From Pseudomonadota bacterium (lineage in GTDB: Bacteria > Bdellovibrionota_B > Oligoflexia > Oligoflexales > RGVZ01), in contig JBEGVZ010000033.1 of NCBI GenBank assembly GCA_041178085.1, positions 1 through 13,703 on the forward strand: a stretch of DNA of 13,703 bases. Direction: 5' to 3'. Made by a program: the position numbers and the translations under genes. Each line of letters begins with the position of its first letter. Within the stretch, counting starts at the first letter, position 1. The notes below the pieces were generated by a model. That model was given only the letters and a program-made list of their open reading frames with translations, had not been told where the DNA came from and searched no databases. Below, in pieces: positions 1 to 7,151 of this stretch.

Positions 1-1010
1 CGTATGACCTCGATCTGGTTCACAAAGGGACGACCGTAAACCAGCAAGGAAACCTCTGGTTCCGCATGCATGGGATAGAACGCAAAACGGAAATCTCCGG
101 GCTCGCGAATGTCGAAATACCGCTCTGACAACCAGCCCTTCTGACGTCGTGCACGCACCGGATTGATAACGGCACCATAGATCAGGGCTTTGATCATGTC
201 GGGCACGTGATTGTCCTGGTAGGCACCGCTACTGCGGTAGAGCATGTAATTCGCGGCCTGACGCACCAGAGAGCGCAGAGGCCCACGCAGGAAACCCGTT
301 CGCCGGGCTGGCTTATCAGAAGGAGCGACCACCCCTTCATAACGGCCCTTGGTTGCCCTGAACTTCTCTAGGTACTGGCGCGCATCTCCATCCTTCTCCG
401 AACCAGATTGCCGGACCCGGGCATAAAGATCCCGGATTTCGACCGTCGGGTCGAGCAGATCGTCGGCAAAATAAACCCGGTCACCGATGCGGGACGGACG
501 CAAGTTCAGAATCTTGATCCCCCTCGCCTTTGCCATCTTCGCCAGCAAAAACTCCAAAAACGTCACCGAAATGAAGCCAATGATCACATCGGGGCGCAAT
601 TGATTGAGCAGCTGATCGCACTGCTTCACTGCGCGCTCTAGAATCACAAGAAGTTCGTTGTCAGAGAACCTGCGTGAATAGTCCTGGGTATAGGAACAAT
701 GCCGTCCCATCGCCAGACGACGGTCGCTCAAGACCACGTGAAATAGATTTTCGACAGCCAGTTTCTTTTCCCATTCCCGGAGGAATTTCATGTCGGGGGT
801 CCCCGACGGGTTATCCGTAATCTCCCATTCCTTCAAAAGACAGGGGTACGAACGCTCAAAGTCAGGGTTGTTGCGCATGAACTTGGCGTAAAACAGCTTG
901 TCTGCAACGACAAAGCCACTTTCTTCGATCCGCAGGCGTTTGCTCATTTCAGCGGCAAGTCCGCTGAAAACATTGAGTGTCTGGTTCTGGGTACAAAAAA
1001 GAATCCGCAT
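1..1010 (-). CDS. KpsS/Capsule_synth-like capsular polysaccharide glycosyltransferase, candidate nonulosonyl transferase (3' end outside window)
   Basis: Not in the ORF track; translated by hand. ATG at 1010 (GGAG 6 nt upstream, 1 nt after the neuA TAA), open for 336 codons to the window edge: MRILFCTQNQTLNVFSGL...SDRRL...LRPDVIIG...FRFAFYPMHAEPEVSLLVYGRPFVNQIEVI. The FxFYP(L/M)(H/Q)xxPE...NQ segment (from 86 down to the edge) is typical of KpsS/KpsC-like CMP-ulosonate transferases. The expected KEHP-type motif would lie beyond the window. Confidence 0.75.
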   Translation of the reverse strand, partial: MRILFCTQNQTLNVFSGLAAEMSKRLRIEESGFVVADKLFYAKFMRNNPDFERSYPCLLKEWEITDNPSGTPDMKFLREWEKKLAVENLFHVVLSDRRLAMGRHCSYTQDYSRRFSDNELLVILERAVKQCDQLLNQLRPDVIIGFISVTFLEFLLAKMAKARGIKILNLRPSRIGDRVYFADDLLDPTVEIRDLYARVRQSGSEKDGDARQYLEKFRATKGRYEGVVAPSDKPARRTGFLRGPLRSLVRQAANYMLYRSSGAYQDNHVPDMIKALIYGAVINPVRARRQKGWLSERYFDIREPGDFRFAFYPMHAEPEVSLLVYGRPFVNQIEVI

Positions 1011-1011
1011 T

Positions 1012-1737
1012 TTACACTCCACGCGCGGCCGACATAATCTGCTCCGCACAGGCAAGGTCTTCCGGGGTGTCAATATCAATGCTGGACGCCAGCGACATTT
1101 CAAAGCCAATCGTCGAGGGGGGCATCAAGCAACCGCGCATCAGGTCAGAAAACCGGTAAATATATATTGCCCCGTTCGGACGAAAGACAGCCGGCAACTC
1201 TTGCCGTTGCATGAACGGGAACTCGTCATTGACGATCCCACGCAGAAAGCCATCTTCACTGGTGAAGAAGTTCTTCAAGCATTTCGCATCTTCGCGCACC
1301 GTGCTGATCAATGCACCTGCGCCAGAGCTCAAAAAGACGTCCAATGCGCGACGCACATCCGTTCCCGACCGTAATGGCGAGGACGGCTGCAGAAGCATAA
1401 GGAGCCCATCCTTTTTGACCTTGGCGGACTCTTCCAATCCGAAAAATGCATCCATTGCATGTTGCATGACGGGAAGCATCGGCGAGGAATCCCCGGCTAG
1501 AGAGCCTGGTCGCAAGAGGGGCTCCGCTCCGCTTTGCCTGGCCAAATCAAGTATCTCGGGATCGTCAGAAGAGACATAGACGCGATTGATTCTCTGATCA
1601 AACAGCGCTGCCTCAATCGAATGACTGATCAGGGGGCGACCTTGCAGAATTGCCAGATTTTTGCGCGGAATACCCTTTGACCCGCCTCTGGCTGGAATCA
1701 AAGCGACAATTGGAATGTCTTTGCTGGAACCAGCCAT
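1012..1737 (-). CDS. neuA: CMP-nonulosonic acid synthetase (acylneuraminate cytidylyltransferase)
   Basis: Motifs ALIPARGGSKGIPRKN, VSSDD, LRPxxLAGD, LLQPSSPLR, RQELP, PNGAIYI, SIDIDTPEDL. Start is ATG 1737 or GTG 1740; AGGA lies upstream. Confidence 0.95.
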   Translation of the reverse strand: MAGSSKDIPIVALIPARGGSKGIPRKNLAILQGRPLISHSIEAALFDQRINRVYVSSDDPEILDLARQSGAEPLLRPGSLAGDSSPMLPVMQHAMDAFFGLEESAKVKKDGLLMLLQPSSPLRSGTDVRRALDVFLSSGAGALISTVREDAKCLKNFFTSEDGFLRGIVNDEFPFMQRQELPAVFRPNGAIYIYRFSDLMRGCLMPPSTIGFEMSLASSIDIDTPEDLACAEQIMSAARGV

Positions 1738-1755
1738 CACATCCTGCCCAGGTCC

Positions 1756-2829
1756 CTACACCGTGCCAAAGATCTTGTTGTATTCGCCCTCTGCACGTTC
1801 CAGATCCTGGCGTTGTCCGACGTCAATCCAATACTCACAGACCGGAAAAGCGGCGGTGCATTGGCCGCGTTCACGAAGCTGCTGAAATAACTGCGGCATG
1901 TCCAACGACTCGTTTGGCTTCAAGATCCGCAGCACTTCCGGCGACAAGACGTAGATCCCAGCGTTTACAAAAAAGCGATGGGTTGGTTTCTCGTCGATTG
2001 CCTGGATCCTTGATTGCTCATCTACCGTGACGACACCGTAAGGAACTTGCATGTCAAACTCACGGACAGCCATCGTCGCAGCCGCACCCTGCTTCTGGTG
2101 AAAGTCCAGCATGCGATCGAACTTTATATTGGTCAGCACGTCGCAATTCATGACCACCATCGGCCAATCCGGAACCTCTGGCAGAAGAGCCAGCGCACCT
2201 GCGGTCCCGAGCCTGGTATCCTCACGCAAATAGTCAATGGCAAGACCAAAGCGGCTGCCATCACCGAAATGGTTCTCGATCATGTCCCGCTTGTAATTCA
2301 CGGACAGGAAAACCTTGGAAAACCCCTGCTCCGCAAAGTTCGATACGATAGTCTCCAGGATCGGACGACCACCAATTGGCAGCATGGGCTTTGGAACATC
2401 CTGCGTGAGCGGGAATAGCCTGCTGCCAAGCCCTCCGGCCATGATAATCACCGGGTTGGCCTTGGCCGTCGACTTGCTGCCTGCACTGGCTTCTTCGACG
2501 CCAATCAGGACAAGATTGCGGTCAACAACCGGGACCTGCCGGGCACCTCGCTCAACCACCTGTCTCTGCAACTGCGCAAGGTCCGTATCCGGCTTCTTGA
2601 CAACTGGATTCGGATTCATCGCAGCGGTGACCAGCGAATCAAGCCCCTGGCCTCGCAGCAAGGCCCGCCGGATGTCACCGTCAGTCACCGTCCCCAATAA
2701 CCGGCCACTGCCGTCAACGACGAACGCCATCTGGCGACCACCAGAGTCGATGGTCTGCATCACTTGCCGGATCGATGCATCAGCCGGGGCAAGACTTTTT
2801 TTCCAGTCTCTTTTCAACGAGTCCCCCAA
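1756..2829 (-). CDS. legX: CBS-domain nucleotidyltransferase, LegX/PtmE type (putative GlcN(Ac)-1-P guanylyltransferase)
   Basis: N-terminal CBS pair (VVDxxGRLLGTVTDGDIRRALL) followed by an NTP_transferase domain (IMAGGLGSRLFPLTQDVPKPML, LGTAGAL, EKP, VNAGIYVL, YWIDVG). The start may instead be TTG 2817, which has GGGGGA upstream. Confidence 0.88.
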   Translation of the reverse strand: MGDSLKRDWKKSLAPADASIRQVMQTIDSGGRQMAFVVDGSGRLLGTVTDGDIRRALLRGQGLDSLVTAAMNPNPVVKKPDTDLAQLQRQVVERGARQVPVVDRNLVLIGVEEASAGSKSTAKANPVIIMAGGLGSRLFPLTQDVPKPMLPIGGRPILETIVSNFAEQGFSKVFLSVNYKRDMIENHFGDGSRFGLAIDYLREDTRLGTAGALALLPEVPDWPMVVMNCDVLTNIKFDRMLDFHQKQGAAATMAVREFDMQVPYGVVTVDEQSRIQAIDEKPTHRFFVNAGIYVLSPEVLRILKPNESLDMPQLFQQLRERGQCTAAFPVCEYWIDVGQRQDLERAEGEYNKIFGTV

Positions 2830-2839
2830 AAGCCAGGAT

Positions 2840-4036
2840 TTATGGGATCGTCATCTGCTTGGTGATCAAACGACCATCAAGCGAGATCCGCGCAAGAACA
2901 TCTGCGATCTTCTTTCCAGCATCTCCGACCCCATAAGGGTTATGCCCCTCATGGCATCTCTTGATGAAACCCTTGTCGTTCAGACATTTCCTGACGGCCG
3001 CAAGAACTTCATCACGTCCGTAGCCGGTTTTGATTACATTTTCGCCGGCCAAGCGACCTTCCTGCCGGGATCCAATGTCTACCGTTGGACACCCAAAAGC
3101 CGGAGTTTCCTTGATGCCGCTGGATGAATTACCGACACAGGCACCCCCGGCAGGGCCACGACCACAAATGTTCAAAAGTCCGTGGTAATTGCTACGCCCA
3201 AGACTCTTGTGCAATTGGACATTGGGCACCCCTTTCCCCATGAAGCGCTCAAGTTCCGTCGCGATCCGGCGTCCACCCGCATCGTTGTTCGGGTAGGTCA
3301 AAATCACCTGAACACCTTCCCAAGCCAGGATTTCCATGGCTTGAAGAGGCCCCTCCAGCTGCCTTGCGGCATCCTCAAACTGAGTCGTCACAGAATGCTG
3401 GGTGAACACCACCAAGGGCTTCGACAGGTCCAGGTTGTACCTGGCAACAAGGTCCTCCTTGGATGCGTAAATTCCGTCAGCGATCAAATCGATCGCAGGA
3501 AATCCAACATTGAATACCCGCCAAGGCTCCTCACCCATGACCCGGATCCTGTTGGCAGCGTTTTCATTGGTCGTGAAGTGCAAGTGCGCCAACTTTGTCA
3601 TCGCGTGACGGACGGAGTCATCCAAGGCACCACCTTGCGTGACATCCCCACCCTCGATGTGAGCCGTTGGAATACGCATTTGAGTGCCCGCAATCATGGC
3701 CGCGAAACCTTCAAATCGGTCTGCGTAGACGACGAAAATGTCGGGCTTCAGCCGATCAAGTGCCTTCGAAATGGAAAGGACACCGCTGCCAATTGCCTGC
3801 GCAGTGGCGTAAAGCGTGTCGGCATCCATGTCGATCGCAACTTCCGAGTGAATCTCAAAGCCGTCTTTTTTGATTTCCTCAAGTGTCGCGCCGAAATTCC
3901 GGTCCAGATGCGCACCGGATACCATCAACTGGTAAGACAAATCCGGATGCCGCGAAATCGCACGAAGAATAGGGAACTGCAGGCCATACTCCGCCCGGTT
4001 CCCGGTAAATACTGCAACGACTCTTTTCTGTCCCAT
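2840..4036 (-). CDS. neuC: NDP-N-acetylglucosamine 2-epimerase, hydrolysing (NeuC/LegG family)
   Basis: Motifs TGNRAEYG, GAHL, ADRFE, AHIEGGD, DDSVRHAMTKLAHLHF, GEEPWRV, GNSSSGIKE, GSRQEGR, NPYGxGDAG. The real start is ATG 4036 (TGATG overlap with the upstream stop), not 4099. Confidence 0.93.
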   Translation of the reverse strand: MGQKRVVAVFTGNRAEYGLQFPILRAISRHPDLSYQLMVSGAHLDRNFGATLEEIKKDGFEIHSEVAIDMDADTLYATAQAIGSGVLSISKALDRLKPDIFVVYADRFEGFAAMIAGTQMRIPTAHIEGGDVTQGGALDDSVRHAMTKLAHLHFTTNENAANRIRVMGEEPWRVFNVGFPAIDLIADGIYASKEDLVARYNLDLSKPLVVFTQHSVTTQFEDAARQLEGPLQAMEILAWEGVQVILTYPNNDAGGRRIATELERFMGKGVPNVQLHKSLGRSNYHGLLNICGRGPAGGACVGNSSSGIKETPAFGCPTVDIGSRQEGRLAGENVIKTGYGRDEVLAAVRKCLNDKGFIKRCHEGHNPYGVGDAGKKIADVLARISLDGRLITKQMTIP

Positions 4037-4932
4037 CAGCTGCCTTTTTCTTTCTGCAAAAGATTCAGGCCATCGGCAAGCGCCGTGGTTGCCCGCCACT
4101 TTAGCAAGTCAGCGGCAAGTTTGCTCGACAAAACAACGTGGGACGGGGGAATCGACGGTTCATAAGCCGCACGCGAAATGACCTTGGGAGCCGGGTGTCC
4201 GCCGAGCCGGCCGATCAACTTGGCAAGGTCCTCCACAGAGGTTCCGATACCGGTAGAGATGTTAAACACCCCGCTCGCATCAGAACTGACTGCCGCGGCA
4301 AACGCCCTCGCCACGTCGGCTACGAAAATGTAATCCCGCACCGGACTGGCATCGTTGACGTGGATCACCGGCCCCTTTCTCGCCTGTTCAATGACCTCCG
4401 AAAGCACGTTCCGGGGCGACATCCCGGGTCCGTAGGTGTTGGCAAGGCGAAGGATCGTAGCCGCCGCGTTTTCGCGTAAAAAGGCCTCGCTACGAACTTT
4501 GGAACGGCCGTATTCCGACGCGGGCTCGGTGGGCGAGTCTTCTGTGAGCGCCCCCTGAACCCTGTCCCCGTATACGGCCGCGCTGGATGCGTAAATCACC
4601 CGTGCAAATCCCGCCTCAACGACCTGGCGAAGCACCTGCTCGCCACCTGGGTAAGGGATTCCCTCCGTAAGGGCACTACCCTGGGCACCCGCCAGATTCG
4701 ACTCTGCAAGGTGCACACAGACATCTTCCGGTCCGGGAGCAAGGCCACGGTATCCTGGCGTGTGGACGACACGCAGAAGCTCCCCGCCTGCACCCGCGCG
4801 GTCAGCAAAAGGGGAATCATTCCCAGCCGGGCGCGTCGTGCAGGCAAGAACCTCGTGACCGACGGCGACAAGGGCTTCGCACACATGCCGGCCAATGAAC
4901 CCCAAACCACCCAGCACCCAAACCCGCTTCAT
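4036..4932 (-). CDS. Extended SDR NAD(P)-dependent epimerase/reductase (candidate NDP-4-keto-6-deoxy-HexNAc 4-reductase)
   Basis: GGLGFIG Rossmann motif, HLA, YASSAAVYG, catalytic YGRSK, LRLANTYGP, RDYIFVADVA, FNISTG. It lacks the T-(S/D)-E dehydratase signature. The specific activity is inferred from gene context only. Confidence 0.85.
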   Translation of the reverse strand: MKRVWVLGGLGFIGRHVCEALVAVGHEVLACTTRPAGNDSPFADRAGAGGELLRVVHTPGYRGLAPGPEDVCVHLAESNLAGAQGSALTEGIPYPGGEQVLRQVVEAGFARVIYASSAAVYGDRVQGALTEDSPTEPASEYGRSKVRSEAFLRENAAATILRLANTYGPGMSPRNVLSEVIEQARKGPVIHVNDASPVRDYIFVADVARAFAAAVSSDASGVFNISTGIGTSVEDLAKLIGRLGGHPAPKVISRAAYEPSIPPSHVVLSSKLAADLLKWRATTALADGLNLLQKEKGS

Positions 4933-4978
4933 CGCGCGCCACCCAAATTGGATGCATCAATCAATCGACGCCAATCGT

Positions 4979-6025
4979 TCAAAGGTGAAAGCCTTCGATG
5001 TCCTCGGGGTTGACATGGATGTCCGGCGACAATTCGCGAGTCGCACGCTTACCCAGGACATCCTCAAGCCGGTTTGCCAGGATCCTGCCTGTGCCCGGTC
5101 GCTTCACCCAAACGTTGTCGTGGCTGAAAACCTCGCCTTTTTTAACCGGCCTGATTGTCACCACGGTCGAATAAGCAAAGTCAATGACCGGCTGTTCTTC
5201 CTTGAGGATGGTTTTTGATCCGCCGCGGGCTTCCCAGATGGCACGCGAGCCAACGATCAAATCCCGCAGCTCATTCGGCTCAATCGAAATGCCAGTGTCG
5301 GGGCCCGGCCACTGCCGTGAAATCGTGAAATGCTTTTCAAGAATGGTCGCGCCAAGCGCCACGGCTCCAAGGCCGGTCCAGATGTTCAGCGAATGACAAC
5401 TCAACCCAACCGGCAGATCCGGAAATTCCGTCTTCAAGTGTGTCACCGCTCCAAGACGTACTTTTTCGTAGGGCGTTGGATACATGCTTGTGCAGTGCAG
5501 CAGGGCCAGCGGAACATTGAACTTCCTGATCGCCTCCACTGATGCGCGAATGGCCGGCATGTCATTCATCCCGGTCGAGAGGATGATTGGCTTACCCTTC
5601 TTGGCGATATGCTGCAGGAGGGGGATGTTATTGCACTCCCCTGAACCGATCTTGAAGGCCGGCACACCCATGGCGTCCAGACGGTCACAGGCTTCCCGGG
5701 AAAACGGTGTCGAAAGGTAAGTAATGCCTTTTTTCTTGCAGTAGGCTTGGACCTGCCGTTCTTCCTCTTCAGTCAGCTCACAGCGCTTGATGATATCCCA
5801 GAGCTTTTCCTTTGAAATCTGCCCGGGCGTCATGTCGGTCGGAACCATCTCCTTGTCCGTGATATGACACTGGAACTTCACAACCTCCGCGCCCGCATCG
5901 ACAGCGGCATCAACAAGCGCAATCGCCTTGTCCAGCTCACCCTCGTGGTTGATACCCACTTCAGCGATCACATAGGGCGCGTGGTCGGGGCCAATTTTGC
6001 GCCCTTCAATTTCAAAGTTCTTCAA
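4979..6025 (-). CDS. neuB: N-acetylneuraminate synthase family (NeuB) with C-terminal SAF/antifreeze-like domain
   Basis: Motifs IAEVGINHEG, VKFQ, STPFS, FKIGSGECNN, KPIILSTGM, LLHCTSMYPTP, LEKHFT, GPD, VKRPGTG. TTG start with AAGGAG RBS 7 nt upstream. Confidence 0.96.
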   Translation of the reverse strand: MKNFEIEGRKIGPDHAPYVIAEVGINHEGELDKAIALVDAAVDAGAEVVKFQCHITDKEMVPTDMTPGQISKEKLWDIIKRCELTEEEERQVQAYCKKKGITYLSTPFSREACDRLDAMGVPAFKIGSGECNNIPLLQHIAKKGKPIILSTGMNDMPAIRASVEAIRKFNVPLALLHCTSMYPTPYEKVRLGAVTHLKTEFPDLPVGLSCHSLNIWTGLGAVALGATILEKHFTISRQWPGPDTGISIEPNELRDLIVGSRAIWEARGGSKTILKEEQPVIDFAYSTVVTIRPVKKGEVFSHDNVWVKRPGTGRILANRLEDVLGKRATRELSPDIHVNPEDIEGFHL

Positions 6026-6037
6026 TTTTCGACTCCT

Positions 6038-7048
6038 TCAAATGTTGTATCTGCCGGGCTTGTAAAGTTTCATGGCATGACCAGACCGGAACCATTCGAT
6101 GGTCTCGCCGATTCCCTTTTTGAAACCTTGCAGGCCTGCGTATTGAGGTTTCCACTCAGTCAGACTCAGGATCTTGCTGTTGTCCCCCCAAAGACGATCG
6201 ACCTCGCTGCGCTGGGGGCGAACGCGGTCCCCATCCAGCTTGATCACGGGGTTGACAGACAGGACTTCTGCAATCGCTTTGATCGAGGCCTCGACTGAAA
6301 TCTCAAAGTTACTGCTGATGTTGACCACTTCGCCGACGGCAGCGTCAGCCTCCGCGAGAGCAATGAACCCTGCCGCAGTATCAGCGACAAAGTTAAAATC
6401 ACGCGTCGGATGAATGGCGCCGAGCTTCAATTCGCCCGCACCGGCCAAAAGCTGCGTGATCACTGTCGGCAAAACGGCCCGGGCAGACTGCCTTGGGCCG
6501 TAAGTGTTGAACGGCCGAGCAACTACGACCGGGAAATCAAAGGACCGATGAAACGAGATGGCAATCTGGTCAGAACCGATTTTTGTTGCCGAATAAGGCG
6601 ACTGGCCGTGAAGGGGATGTGCCTCAGTGATCGGGACAAACTGCGCAGTTCCATACACTTCGCTTGTCGAGGTTTGAACGAAGCGCTTGACCCCCGCCCG
6701 ACGCGCTGCCTCGAGCAAATTCAGCGTCCCCTTGACGTTGGTTTCCACGTAAGTCGCAGGACTGTGATAGGAGTAAGGAATCGCAATCAACGCCGCGAGG
6801 TGAAAAACAACGTCAATTCCCTCCATCGCCTTCATGCATCCGTGCGGGTCGGTGATATCGCCGGCAAACACATCCAGCTGCGATTTCTTGCGTTCGTCAA
6901 GGTATTCCAGCCAGCCCCAAGAGCCGCTTGAGTTGTACCGGACAAACGCCCGGACCTGACAACCGTGTTGGATCAGCGCTTCAGTAAGGTGCGATCCAAT
7001 GAATCCACCCGCACCAGTGACAAGAACCTTCGCTCCCTTGATGCGCAA
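6038..7048 (-). CDS. legB: NDP-GlcNAc 4,6-dehydratase, LegB type
   Basis: GAGGFIGSHL, AFVRYNSxxxWGWL, HLAALIAIPYSY, TSTSEVYGTA, QSPYSATKIG, RPFNTYGPRQSARA, RDFNFV, RPxxSEVxRLW. This motif set is characteristic of the dehydratases that open legionaminic-acid clusters. TTG start with GGAGG RBS at 7054-7058. Confidence 0.88.
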   Translation of the reverse strand: MRIKGAKVLVTGAGGFIGSHLTEALIQHGCQVRAFVRYNSSGSWGWLEYLDERKKSQLDVFAGDITDPHGCMKAMEGIDVVFHLAALIAIPYSYHSPATYVETNVKGTLNLLEAARRAGVKRFVQTSTSEVYGTAQFVPITEAHPLHGQSPYSATKIGSDQIAISFHRSFDFPVVVARPFNTYGPRQSARAVLPTVITQLLAGAGELKLGAIHPTRDFNFVADTAAGFIALAEADAAVGEVVNISSNFEISVEASIKAIAEVLSVNPVIKLDGDRVRPQRSEVDRLWGDNSKILSLTEWKPQYAGLQGFKKGIGETIEWFRSGHAMKLYKPGRYNI

Positions 7049-7076
7049 ATTAGCCTCCGAGACAGCTACAGCCAGC

Positions 7077-7105
7077 TTGACGATGTATGACCCATTTCAT
7101 ATTCT
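7077..7105 (+). promoter_or_regulatory. Candidate sigma70-type promoter for the plus-strand operon
   Basis: TTGACG (7077-7082), exactly 17 nt of spacer, then TATTCT (7100-7105), in the gap between the divergent operons. Confidence 0.6.
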
Positions 7106-7151
7106 CGGGCACCAAAGTTTTCCACCCAAAAGTCTCGAGAGTATTGAAAAA

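Noticed and set aside
792..807. Inverted repeat GTCGGGG-GT-CCCCGAC
   Set aside because: Short, inside a CDS and without a U tract; likely chance.
2315..3127. 270-aa plus-strand ORF
   Set aside because: Antisense to legX and neuC; Ser/Arg/Pro-rich with no domain signal.
4037..4099. N-terminal extension of neuC in the ORF track
   Set aside because: Overlaps the SDR gene. ATG 4036 gives a canonical N-terminus and a TGATG coupling.
3182..4165. 327-aa plus-strand ORF
   Set aside because: Antisense shadow of neuC with no recognisable motifs; expected from codon bias in GC-rich genes.
4933..4978. CAATC repeated three times plus a small GATGCATC palindrome in the neuB-SDR gap
   Set aside because: Too short and irregular to support a regulatory or repeat call.
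1012..7048. Calling the operon a standard legionaminic, pseudaminic or Neu5Ac cluster
   Set aside because: There is no aminotransferase, acetyltransferase or PseG in the window, and LegB, LegX and the extra SDR are not needed for Neu5Ac. A standard Leg pathway remains possible only if the missing genes are elsewhere in the genome.
6999..7151. N-terminal extension of the 454-aa ORF
   Set aside because: Overlaps the legB start, its RBS and the candidate promoter.
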